Assembly (NCBI GenBank): GCA_041484865.1
Contig: JBGPIJ010000002.1
Coordinates: 1 to 32,409 of the forward strand
Origin: Gemmatimonadota bacterium
Lineage (GTDB): Bacteria; Gemmatimonadota; Gemmatimonadetes; Gemmatimonadales; GWC2-71-9
DNA: 32,409 nt
Direction of reading: 5' to 3'
A program made the position numbers and the translations under genes. Positions 24,107 to 32,247 of this stretch are shown in pieces; the stretch's first letter is position 1; each line of letters starts with the position of its first letter. The notes beneath the pieces are model-generated. The model did no database searches, was not told where the DNA came from, and saw nothing but the letters and a program-made list of their open reading frames with translations.

Positions 24107-24687
24107 GGCTTCGGCTTGAGCGACAGGTCGACCTGCGGGACATCTCGCTCGGCCTTCTCCTCGATCTCCCAGAGCTCCGCCGGCTGTGCCTTCGCGAGCC
24201 CGGCGACGAACGACGTCGGGAACTGCTGCTGCTTTGTGTTGTACAGTGTCGCGGTGTCGTTGTAGAGCTGCCGGGCGAATGAAACCTTGTTCTCGGTGGA
24301 AGTCAGCTCTTCCTGGAGCTGGCCGATGTTCCCCGTCGCCTTGAGTTGCGGATACTGCTCCACCACGACCATGAGCCGCGACAGCGCGGCGGACAGCGCG
24401 TTCTCGGCCTGGCTGATCTGCTTCACGCTGTCGGGTGCCGCCGCGCTGACCTTCACCGCCTGATTCCGTGCCTGAATCACCGCTTCCAGCGTGTCCCGCT
24501 CGAAGTTCATCGCGCCGCGCACGGCGTTGACCAGATTGGGAATCAGGTCGTGGCGCCGTTTCAACTGCACGTCGATCTGCTTGAACGCGTTGATGGTCTG
24601 GTTCTTGAGAGCGATCAGGCCGTTATACGCGGCGACCACCCACAGCACGATTACGCCGAGCAGTAGCAGCAGGATCCAGGACGGCAT
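24103..24687 (-). CDS. lemA: LemA family protein
   Basis: N-terminal TM, then YNGLIALKNQTINAFKQIDVQLKRRHDLIPNLV...QYPQLKA..., typical of LemA. Confidence 0.88.
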   Translation of the reverse strand: MPSWILLLLLGVIVLWVVAAYNGLIALKNQTINAFKQIDVQLKRRHDLIPNLVNAVRGAMNFERDTLEAVIQARNQAVKVSAAAPDSVKQISQAENALSAALSRLMVVVEQYPQLKATGNIGQLQEELTSTENKVSFARQLYNDTATLYNTKQQQFPTSFVAGLAKAQPAELWEIEEKAERDVPQVDLSLKPKP

Positions 24688-24729
24688 CGCTCAACTCCGG
24701 TGAGGGTGTCGTTGCCCGCCCGCGCTCAC

Positions 24730-25368
24730 TCACGGGGAGCCGGGGGGGAGCAGCTTGGTCATCGCCTGCCGGAACGCTTCGGCCAGCGCCGCGTCATCCG
24801 GACCGACGCGTGCCAGCGGATGCGCGGCATCCACGTGCAGCTCGATCCCGCGTGCGAGCGGGATGCGGCGCCATGTGCTCGGCTCCGCGGAGTCCCGGCC
24901 CGCATCCCGTGCGATCCACGCGGTCAGGGCGCGGCCTGAACGCCCGCGTGGTGGTCCGCCGGGGTTGCGCAGCGGCAACCGATCGGGCGCGAGAAGCGAG
25001 GTTCCCAGGGTCTGCGCGGCGCGCCGCTCCAGCACGTCTCCCGTCTGGTCCTGCATCTCTTTCGTGATGTGGGCCAGCGTGGCGCCCTCCATCTGTCGGA
25101 GCTTGATGCACAGCAGCTGCAAGAAGTGCCGGTACGAATAAATCGCGGCGGTCCCTTTTCCTTCGGGGGGGCTGACCAGTCCCTTGGTCACGTAGAAGCG
25201 AATCGTGCGCTCGCTCGGTCGGGCGCGCGCGGCCGCGTTGATGGGTGTGATCGCCGACGCATCGAGAATCGCCCCGACGAGGGCGGCGAGATCCCGCAGA
25301 TTCCAGGGGGCCAGGCTGCGATATTGTCGCAGGATGTGCAGCGGGTCGTGTTGCGCGGCTCCGGTCAT
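24730..25368 (-). CDS. MerR-like HTH protein
   Basis: ERTIRFYVTKGLVSPPEGKGTAAIYSYRHFLQLLCIKLRQ resembles the MerR wing plus dimerisation helix. Arg/Pro-rich C-terminal half. Confidence 0.55.
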   Translation of the reverse strand: MTGAAQHDPLHILRQYRSLAPWNLRDLAALVGAILDASAITPINAAARARPSERTIRFYVTKGLVSPPEGKGTAAIYSYRHFLQLLCIKLRQMEGATLAHITKEMQDQTGDVLERRAAQTLGTSLLAPDRLPLRNPGGPPRGRSGRALTAWIARDAGRDSAEPSTWRRIPLARGIELHVDAAHPLARVGPDDAALAEAFRQAMTKLLPPGSP

Positions 25369-25371
25369 CGA

Positions 25372-25773
25372 TCAGCCGTTGCCTGTTTCTCGCTCCCGCA
25401 TGCGCCAGAGATCGGCCAGCCACACGCCGATTTCGCCCAGGTTGAACGGCTTGCGGAGCACCGTGCAGCGGTTCTGCTCGAGCCAGCTGCGAACCTCTTC
25501 GGCTTCCGCATCGCCCGTCATGATTGCGACGCGCCCCTCCAGGCCCGGCCAGCGGTGCACGATGGCGAGATAGAGCGCCAGGCCGGACATGGTCGGGAGA
25601 CGGATGTCCAGCAGCACGGCGTCGGCATTTTCGGATTCCAGGAGGGAATACGCCGCCTCGGCGGTCCCGGTGCTCAGCACGCGGTACCCCTCGCGGCTGA
25701 GGGCACGTTCGAGAACCCGCCGCAGCGAGGCCTCGTCGTCTACGATGAGTACGGTGCGAGGTGCAGCGGTCAT
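25372..25773 (-). CDS. Single-domain response regulator (CheY-like receiver)
   Basis: VLIVDDE...AVLLDIRLPTMSG...AIMTGD...LRKPF. The ATG overlaps the upstream stop (ATGA). Confidence 0.88.
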   Translation of the reverse strand: MTAAPRTVLIVDDEASLRRVLERALSREGYRVLSTGTAEAAYSLLESENADAVLLDIRLPTMSGLALYLAIVHRWPGLEGRVAIMTGDAEAEEVRSWLEQNRCTVLRKPFNLGEIGVWLADLWRMRERETGNG

Positions 25774-26570
25774 GACACGGCGGTTATCGTGGCGACTACC
25801 CGCGGCAGGAACCGTTGCACGACGCAGGCCAGCGCGTGCTCCGGCGTGAGCGACAAACGCATCTCTCCGGCTGTCAAGCCGAGGTACGCCCGGGCGTGCT
25901 GCTGCAGCGTCTTGACCTGCGAGTAACCGAGCCGCTGCGCCACGTCTTCCACGGTGAATCCGGGGTCCTGGAGTAACCGGTGCGCGTAGAGGACGCGTGC
26001 GGCGGCGAGGAAGTGCCTAGGGCTTGGCAGTCCCACCCGGGTGAACCACCGCTCGCACGTCCGCCGGTCGACGCGCGCGCGCGCCGCGACCTGCCCGACG
26101 GTCTGCACCTCCTCCGGCGCCTGGAGCGCCTCCTCCAGCACCCAGCGCAGCTCCCTCGGGAGGGGCGCGAGTGCGTCGGCGAGCTGTTCGAGAAACAAAC
26201 GGGACGAGGTTCGCGCCTCCTCGTGACTGAGCACCTCCTGCAGGCGCATCGGGTGGTCGTCGTAACGGGCGAACACCACGTAGCGAATGCCGCGTTGGCC
26301 GAGCGTCAGCATGACGGCCGCGGTCTCGGGAGTGAGACTCGTGTAAAGAATGAGGGGCAGCGACGGAAACAGCACGCGGAGCCGCTCGATCTCCTGGGCG
26401 CTCGCGGTGCCTGCGAGCAGCGGATCCACGACGGCAAGCTCCACCGGCCGGCTGCGGATCGCGGCGAGGGCTTCACCCCAGCTCGCCGCCCGTGCGAGAG
26501 CGAACCGCGTCGCCGCCGCGCGGCGCAGTTTGTGGAGTTGAACGTCGGGAACGGCGGCTAGAATGAGCAT
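25770..26570 (-). CDS. AraC/XylS-family transcriptional regulator with N-terminal receiver-like (probably pseudo-receiver) domain
   Basis: C-terminal HTH_18-like region TVGQVAARARVDRRTCERWF...LAAARVLYAHRLLQDPGFTVEDVAQRLGYSQVKTLQQHARAYLGLTAGEMR. The N-terminus has a receiver-like beta-alpha pattern (ELAVVDP, LILYTS) but lacks the acidic DD pair. ATG 26570. Confidence 0.75.
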   Translation of the reverse strand: MLILAAVPDVQLHKLRRAAATRFALARAASWGEALAAIRSRPVELAVVDPLLAGTASAQEIERLRVLFPSLPLILYTSLTPETAAVMLTLGQRGIRYVVFARYDDHPMRLQEVLSHEEARTSSRLFLEQLADALAPLPRELRWVLEEALQAPEEVQTVGQVAARARVDRRTCERWFTRVGLPSPRHFLAAARVLYAHRLLQDPGFTVEDVAQRLGYSQVKTLQQHARAYLGLTAGEMRLSLTPEHALACVVQRFLPRVVATITAVS

Positions 26571-26575
26571 AATGT

Positions 26576-26609
26576 CGCAAAAACACCCCTCGATGCCGCA
26601 AAAACACCC
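26576..26609. repeat. Tandem perfect 13-bp direct repeat CGCAAAAACACCC with 21-bp periodicity (candidate operator)
   Basis: Copies at 26576-26588 and 26597-26609, in the 116-bp divergent region between the AraC-like gene and the small peptide gene. Confidence 0.7.
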
Positions 26610-26686
26610 TAAGAATCGGCTTTCCGTGCATGCAGCTTTGGGACGTCCCCGACACCACCCCTTCACTCGACTACTGGGAGGCTTCT

Positions 26687-26830
26687 ATGTCGCGTCGGAT
26701 CCGTGTCCTCGCCGCTCTCGTCTTCGTATCGTTCGTGCTCTCCGCCGCAGCCTGTGCCGGTGGCGCATCCCGTTCACTCGGGCCCAGCTTCGCGCAGTGC
26801 GATACCAATAACAGCAACACCTGCCACTAA
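26687..26830 (+). CDS. Small secreted or lipo-peptide (47-aa precursor, about 25-aa Cys-containing mature part)
   Basis: GGGAGG lies 6 nt upstream of ATG 26687. Signal MSRRIRVLAALVFVSFVLSAAAC. Mature part CAGGASRSLGPSFAQCDTNNSNTCH. A hairpin follows. Confidence 0.55.
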   Translation: MSRRIRVLAALVFVSFVLSAAACAGGASRSLGPSFAQCDTNNSNTCH

Positions 26831-26840
26831 GCGCACTGAG

Positions 26841-26878
26841 GCCGGGCCTGCGTGAGGTCAGCTCTCTCGCAGGCCGGC
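26841..26878. terminator. Hairpin between the convergent peptide and TPR genes
   Basis: GCCGgGCCTGCG (26841-26852) pairs with CGCAGGCCGGC (26868-26878), with one bulge. Confidence 0.55.
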
Positions 26879-26884
26879 CGGCTT

Positions 26885-28159
26885 CTAGGCCGGCTCTCCG
26901 ACGAGTTGTGCCAGCGAGACGGAGATTTCGCGCAGAGCTTCGCTTTCGATCACGGGGCTCGAGTCAATCGATGAGGCCGCGTCCAGCATTTCCTCGCACG
27001 CGCCGAGCCCGTTTCTGATCCGCTCGATTTTGAAGACGAATGCATGGAGGTCGGCGGCTTCGGCGATTTCGAGAGCTCGGTCCATGCTCGTTGCGGCGCG
27101 CCGGAATCTCCCGAACCTGGCTTGCCCAATGCCCGTCTTGAGGCAGTAATCCGCCAGGATGTTGGGCGGCATCGTCCCCTTCACTTCTTCACACCGGAGT
27201 CGCCAGCGCTCGAAGCCGAACCGGTCTCGTTGAAAGGACGCGCAATGCATCAGTTCGACGAGGGCGTTGGCTACGATATCGCGCGTCCTGGCGCGCCGCA
27301 GGACCTCATGGAGCGCGCGTGCGGCCGCGACAGCGTTACCGAGCATGAGCAGTATGAGCCCGACATCGCCCAGCGCCCGCAGGCGCGAGTCCTCTTCTTC
27401 GTAGAGCTCGAACGCCCTCCACATGTGTTTGAGCGCGGTCTCCGGAGAACCCTGATGCTGCAACACGACGCCAAGGCCGTGCTCCGCCCGCGCCTCGGCG
27501 TCGATCTCGCCGGCCTGCCGGGCGTCCGTCAGCACCTCAACGAGGCGCCGTTCCGCCGCCGGCAGGTTGCCGCGGCCGAGCAGCGTGTTGGCGCGTCCGA
27601 TGCGGCCCAGCAGCTCCGAGTAGCGGTCCCCCGCCGCCTTCGCCCGCTCGCAGGCATCCCCGTACGCGGCGTCTGCGTTGTCGAACCGGTTCAGCTTCCG
27701 GTTGACTCGCCCAACGCGCAGTGACACCGCGACCGCGTCGGCGGCCGCCAAGTGCCCCTCAGTGATCCGGTCGAGAGTATCCAAGACGTCGAGCGCCTCC
27801 TCCAGGTGCAGCGAATCCTCGAGAAAGTGTGCGTAGGCGAAGAACGCCGGCGTCAGGAGCCCGATGTCGCGCTGTCGATACGCGACCGCGGCGCTCGCCA
27901 CCAGCTCGTTGAGGTGCGCTCCTTCCGTCGAGGTTCGCCGCAAGCCCTGGCAAAAACGGTCGGTGGCGGTCCACTGGTAGTGGAATGCTTCCGCGTGCGC
28001 GGCGGCTTGGCCGGGAGCGAGCAGGTCGATGAGCCGAAGCGCCAGGAACGCCCCCTGGCCGAGCTTGGAATCGAGCCCCGCTCTGCCTGGGTCGCCTGCG
28101 GCCCGGTGCAGAAATACGGCATGGGGAAGGGATCTCATGTCGGTCTGCGCGGTCGGCAT
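26885..28159 (-). CDS. TPR-repeat protein (no recognisable output domain)
   Basis: 424 aa, all-helical, with repeated A/G/Y/L TPR-like spacing (e.g. AEHGLGVVLQHQGSPETALKHMWRAFELYEE, LGDVGLILLMLGNAVAAARALHEVLRRA). GAGGAG RBS. Confidence 0.65.
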   Translation of the reverse strand: MPTAQTDMRSLPHAVFLHRAAGDPGRAGLDSKLGQGAFLALRLIDLLAPGQAAAHAEAFHYQWTATDRFCQGLRRTSTEGAHLNELVASAAVAYRQRDIGLLTPAFFAYAHFLEDSLHLEEALDVLDTLDRITEGHLAAADAVAVSLRVGRVNRKLNRFDNADAAYGDACERAKAAGDRYSELLGRIGRANTLLGRGNLPAAERRLVEVLTDARQAGEIDAEARAEHGLGVVLQHQGSPETALKHMWRAFELYEEEDSRLRALGDVGLILLMLGNAVAAARALHEVLRRARTRDIVANALVELMHCASFQRDRFGFERWRLRCEEVKGTMPPNILADYCLKTGIGQARFGRFRRAATSMDRALEIAEAADLHAFVFKIERIRNGLGACEEMLDAASSIDSSPVIESEALREISVSLAQLVGEPA

Positions 28160-28356
28160 CGACGGATGTCACTCCTCGAAAGCGAACGGGATCAGTCCGC
28201 TGTAAAGCACTCGCCGTGCTCGGCTTGCAAGCTTCGGATACGCCACAACATAGCGTTTTCCGGGGAGCGGCGTTAGGCCGCATTTCCCGCACTTTCCTGT
28301 GTTTTGCGGCATGATTTCGGTGCCAACCCCCGGGGAAGAATCGCCAGGTTGGCGCC

Positions 28357-28785
28357 GTGCGTCGCGCCCACACACTCGCGGAGCTTGCAGTCACAATCAC
28401 CCTGATGGGGGTGGCTATGGCGGCCGCCCTTCCCCGCCTCCTGGGATGGCTCGACTGGATCGCGGTCGAGCGATCCGCCACCGAGCTGACGTCCGCCCTG
28501 GCCGTCGCCAGGGGCACGGCCGTGACGCGCGCAGCCCGGATCCGCCTCACGATCGGGCAGGACTCGTTGCGGGTGGACGAATGGGACGACCGGTCTTGGG
28601 TGGCCCGCGGACGCTGGCCGGGGCCCGACCAACATGGTGTCGAGATGACAGTTTCCAACCCCATCGTCACCTTCAACCCGATCGGACTCGGCTGGGGAAC
28701 GGCGAACACCAAGGTCGTGCTGTCGCGAGGGTTGCAGAGTGCAACAATAACTACCTCCCGCGTGGGGCGCGTGAAGCGGTGGTAG
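28357..28785 (+). CDS. Type II secretion / type IV pilus minor pseudopilin-like protein (GspH/FimT-like)
   Basis: N-terminal MRRA-HTLAELAVTITLMGV fits a prepilin cleavage/methylation segment with Glu at +5. Size and the C-terminal beta region are consistent with GspH/FimT. GTG start. Confidence 0.55.
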   Translation: MRRAHTLAELAVTITLMGVAMAAALPRLLGWLDWIAVERSATELTSALAVARGTAVTRAARIRLTIGQDSLRVDEWDDRSWVARGRWPGPDQHGVEMTVSNPIVTFNPIGLGWGTANTKVVLSRGLQSATITTSRVGRVKRW

Positions 28786-28942
28786 ACCGTTCGCGACGCT
28801 GGCGCCGTCTGGGGCATCTATGACGGGTGAAGGCCAGCGCAGTCTCCTCCAACGTCGGTCCAGCACCCGGCGTAAGAGGATAGTGGAAGACGGATTTCGG
28901 GTCGCGGCCGAAGTGTGACGGCCACTTCGCCCGACCAGCCAG

Positions 28943-28975
28943 CCCGGGGAGCATTCAGCCCCGGGTTTGGTGTTT
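28943..28975 (+). terminator. Intrinsic terminator on the plus strand, overlapping the 3' end of the convergent SDR gene
   Basis: CCCGGGG (28943-28949), 9-nt loop containing the SDR stop codon, CCCCGGG (28959-28965), then TTTGGTGTTT. Confidence 0.5.
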
Positions 28976-29866
28976 CCAGGACCCCAAGAAGCGGCGCAGC
29001 CCCTCCTCAAACGCCAGCGGCCGAATACCAAAGACGGTCTCGATGGCGTTCGCCGGAGTCGCGGTGCCCTCCATCAGCATTCGGAGCTGAGATGTCGTGA
29101 TCGGCGCCAGCGGGCCGAAGGGATCGCCCGCCCTCGCCAGGAGGCGAACGAGCTCGAGGGGGACGTGAACGAGCGGCCGCGGGTGTCCCGAGGCGCGGCC
29201 GATCGCGCGGACGAACTGCTCGAATGTCAGCACGTCTGGGCCCCCGAGCTCGAATGTGCCGCGCAGCTCCTCGCGCTCGGCGGCGAGCGCGAACGCCAGC
29301 GCGACATCCTCGATCCACACCGGCTGCATCGGAAACGTGCCGCGTCCGAAAACAGGCACGATCGGCAGCCAGCGGTGCAGCCGCGCGAGCGTCCGGATTG
29401 GCTCGCTCTCCGGTCCGTTGATCACTGAGGGACGAAGAATCACGGAAGCGATGCCGGACTGGCGAGCGAGCTCCTCGGCCTGCCACTTGGTGCGGTGATA
29501 CCGGGTGGCGCTCGGGTCCGGACGAGCGCCGACCGCGCTCATGTGGACCAGGCGGCCAACGCGGCGAGCCTGCGCGGCGGCGACGACGGCCCGAGTGCCC
29601 TCGACGTGTACCGCGTCGAAGCTGGCCGTCCCCCATTCCAGGATGATGCCCACGAGGTGAATGACGGTCCGTGCGCCGTCGAGCAGGCTCGACACGGCCC
29701 GCTCGTCGGCGAGATCGCCGGGCACGAGCTCCACGCCCTGCGCCGCGAGCGAATCCGCTCGCGCGGGATCCCGCACCAATGCGCGGACGCGGTGACCGCG
29801 ACCGAGCAGGGTGCGGACGATGTGGCGTCCGACGAATCCGGTGGCCCCGGTGACGGCGATGAGCAT
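28955..29866 (-). CDS. NAD(P)-binding SDR-family oxidoreductase (NmrA / NDUFA9-like atypical SDR)
   Basis: MLIAVTGATGFVGRHIV Rossmann motif (GxxGxxG). About 300 aa. Confidence 0.75.
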   Translation of the reverse strand: MLIAVTGATGFVGRHIVRTLLGRGHRVRALVRDPARADSLAAQGVELVPGDLADERAVSSLLDGARTVIHLVGIILEWGTASFDAVHVEGTRAVVAAAQARRVGRLVHMSAVGARPDPSATRYHRTKWQAEELARQSGIASVILRPSVINGPESEPIRTLARLHRWLPIVPVFGRGTFPMQPVWIEDVALAFALAAEREELRGTFELGGPDVLTFEQFVRAIGRASGHPRPLVHVPLELVRLLARAGDPFGPLAPITTSQLRMLMEGTATPANAIETVFGIRPLAFEEGLRRFLGSWKHQTRG

Positions 29867-29882
29867 GGATCGCCGCTGGGTG

Positions 29883-30950
29883 CTACTCGGCGGGGCCCTC
29901 GTCGAGGAAGACCAGCGTGTGACGGCGCGCGACGACGGCGCGGAGCGCGTCGAACACCTTGGGATCGAGCACCGTCCCGGAAAAGTCGGCCATGCGGTCG
30001 GCGGTCTGTTCGGGCGACAACTTTTCCTGATAGGGGCGCGAGGTGCAGAGGGCGTCGTAGACCTCCGCCGCGGCGATGACCCGCCCCCCCAGAGGGATCG
30101 CTTCTCCCCGCAGGCCGTCCGGGTATCCCGTGCCGTCCCAGCGCTCGTGGTGGGACCGCACCATCGCGATCACGGGCTCGAGGTAGGGCAACGGGGCCAA
30201 AATTTGCGACCCGATCAGGACATGCTGCTTCACGTGCTCGAATTCTTCGGGGGTGAGCGGACCCTGCTTGTTGAGCACCGCCTCCCGTGTTCCGATCTTG
30301 CCGACGTCGTGCAATCGTCCCGCCATCCGGACGGTCTCGACGGCCTCGTCGTCCATGCCGAGCTGGGCGGCGATGGTGGCCGACAGATCGGCGACGCGGG
30401 CCGAGTGTCCGCGCATGTACGGATCCTTCGCTTCGAGCGCGTTCACGAGGGCTTCCAGCGTCGCCACGGAGATGCGCTCGAGCTTGTGGCGCTCGCGCTG
30501 GAGCTCAACGGTGCGGGTCGTGACCTCTTCTTTGAGCCAGCGGTTCATCTCGCGATTCTCGAGCTGGGTTTCACGGCGCGTGAGGGCCCGCTGAATGGCG
30601 CGGCCCAGATCGGCGAGTTCGATCGGCTTCGTGAGATAGTCCATTGCGCCCCGCTGCATGCAGAGGGCGGCGCTGGTGGCGTCGTTCACGGCGGTGAGCA
30701 TCAGGATGGCGAGGTCGGCTTCGACCTCGATGGCCTGGGGGACGAGGTCCACCCCGCTCGTCCCGGCCATCCGGATGTCGCACAGCATCAGCGAGATCTT
30801 GTGGCGGCGCAGCTGGTTGAGCGCTTCCTCGCCGCTGCCGGCGACGTATACCTCGAACTGCTGCTGCGTGAGGTATTTCTTGAGCGCGTTGCGAATCGGT
30901 TCCTCGTCGTCAACGACGAGAATCGTGACGGTACCGCCGAGAGCTGTCAC
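29883..30950 (-). CDS. Response regulator with HD-GYP domain (RpfG-type c-di-GMP phosphodiesterase)
   Basis: Receiver: ILVVDDE...LMLCDIRMAGTSG. HD-GYP: HSARVA...RLHDVGKI...HHERWDGTGYPDGL. GTG start with GAAGGAG RBS. Confidence 0.88.
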   Translation of the reverse strand: MTALGGTVTILVVDDEEPIRNALKKYLTQQQFEVYVAGSGEEALNQLRRHKISLMLCDIRMAGTSGVDLVPQAIEVEADLAILMLTAVNDATSAALCMQRGAMDYLTKPIELADLGRAIQRALTRRETQLENREMNRWLKEEVTTRTVELQRERHKLERISVATLEALVNALEAKDPYMRGHSARVADLSATIAAQLGMDDEAVETVRMAGRLHDVGKIGTREAVLNKQGPLTPEEFEHVKQHVLIGSQILAPLPYLEPVIAMVRSHHERWDGTGYPDGLRGEAIPLGGRVIAAAEVYDALCTSRPYQEKLSPEQTADRMADFSGTVLDPKVFDALRAVVARRHTLVFLDEGPAE

Positions 30951-31022
30951 TGCGGACTCCTTCAGGCCGGCGTCGGTGGAAGCGGCAAAAGATGGCGACC
31001 GTGGTGGCGGGACGCCAGCGCG

Positions 31023-31898
31023 CTAGTCATCCGCGCTGACGAATTCCAGCTCGACGGGGCGGGGGAGCAATCCCGCGTCGGCCCCGCGTCGCAGCAGCTC
31101 CGCGACGGCGCGCCGCCCGACGGGCCCGTAGTCCACCGTGAAGGCGTTGACGTACATGCCGACGAAGCGGTCCGTCTGCTGGGCGTCGAGTCCGCGACTG
31201 AACCGCTGCGCGTGGGCCAGCGCTTCGGCCCGGTGCGCCAGTGCGTATTCGATGCTCAGTTTCAGGTCGCGCGCGATGTCGCGCATCAGGGCGGTCCCGA
31301 GATCGCGGCGCACGACGTTGCCGCCCAGGGCGAGCGGCAGGCCCGTCTCCTGATGCCACCATGCGCCCATGTCCGCCCAGAGGTGCAGGCCGCGCGCGGT
31401 GTGCGTGATCTGGCCCTCGTGGATGAGCAGGCCGGCGTCGGCCTTGCCATCGGCCACGTAGTCCTCGATCTGATCGAACGGCACGACCACACTCTCGATC
31501 GCCGGCTGATACAGGCGCAGGACGAGGAACGCGGTCGTCAGCGCGCCGGGCACGGCCACCCGCCGGCCCGCCAACGCGACGCGCGGATCGCCCGGCCGGG
31601 CGGAGCGCGCGACGAGACGGGGGCCGTAGCCGTCACCGATGCTAGCCCCGTGCGCCAGAAGCGCGTAGCGCTGCGCGAGGTGGGCATAGGCGTGCAGCGA
31701 CACCGCGGTGACTTCCAGCTCCCCGCGCAGGGCGCGTTGATTCAGACTCTCGATGTCCGCCAGCTCGTGCACGTAGCGCCGGGCCCCGGTGTCGACCCGC
31801 CCGGCGGCGAGCGACCAGAACATGAACGCGTCATCGGCGTCCGGACTGTGTGCTACGTGAATCGTGCGGAGCGCGGCTCCGGTTTCAGGAGTGGCCAT
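31023..31898 (-). CDS. MqnA/MqnD-family protein (futalosine-route menaquinone biosynthesis, SBP-like fold)
   Basis: IHVAHSPDADDAFMFWSL at the N-terminus and overall length resemble the MqnD/MqnA family. The precise member is not resolved. Confidence 0.55.
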   Translation of the reverse strand: MATPETGAALRTIHVAHSPDADDAFMFWSLAAGRVDTGARRYVHELADIESLNQRALRGELEVTAVSLHAYAHLAQRYALLAHGASIGDGYGPRLVARSARPGDPRVALAGRRVAVPGALTTAFLVLRLYQPAIESVVVPFDQIEDYVADGKADAGLLIHEGQITHTARGLHLWADMGAWWHQETGLPLALGGNVVRRDLGTALMRDIARDLKLSIEYALAHRAEALAHAQRFSRGLDAQQTDRFVGMYVNAFTVDYGPVGRRAVAELLRRGADAGLLPRPVELEFVSADD

Positions 31899-31953
31899 GG
31901 GTTCGGGAATCTAACCGGCGGGATCGGCGCTGGCAGGATCGGCGGCGCGTGCG

Positions 31954-31959
31954 TAGAGT
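31954..31959 (+). promoter_or_regulatory. -10-like box TAGAGT 6 nt upstream of ATG 31966 (leaderless geometry)
   Basis: Plus strand reads TAGAGT-atgccc-ATG. The divergent mqn-like start is only about 60 nt away. Confidence 0.3.
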
Positions 31960-31965
31960 ATGCCC

Positions 31966-32247
31966 ATGAGCTTGCCCTTCCCCGGACAAGATCGCGCCAA
32001 GCACATGGGCGAGCTGAAGCGAGGCGAGCAGCGCTGGAACGTATTCCTCGAGATGCAGCCCGACGTCGAGCTGGGAGCGGTGCGGGGTCGCGTTCACTTC
32101 GTCGGCACCGACCGGCACCGCTCCACCTCATGGATCTTTCTCGAAGCGTCCGAGCGGGACATCCAGGATCGATTCGCCGAGTTCTCGGCGGTCGAGCTGT
32201 GGCACTTCGTCGCCGCGCTGGAGGAGGATCCCAGGCGCGGGCCATGA
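31966..32247 (+). CDS. Hypothetical small protein
   Basis: High GC3. Start is ATG 31966 (or 31960). The stop overlaps the next start (ATGA at 32244-32247). Confidence 0.55.
   Translation: MSLPFPGQDRAKHMGELKRGEQRWNVFLEMQPDVELGAVRGRVHFVGTDRHRSTSWIFLEASERDIQDRFAEFSAVELWHFVAALEEDPRRGP

Noticed and set aside
28786-28942. 33-codon ORF (ATG about 28820) between the pseudopilin gene and its terminator
   Set aside because: No RBS, a basic low-complexity product, and nothing to distinguish it from chance in GC-rich DNA.
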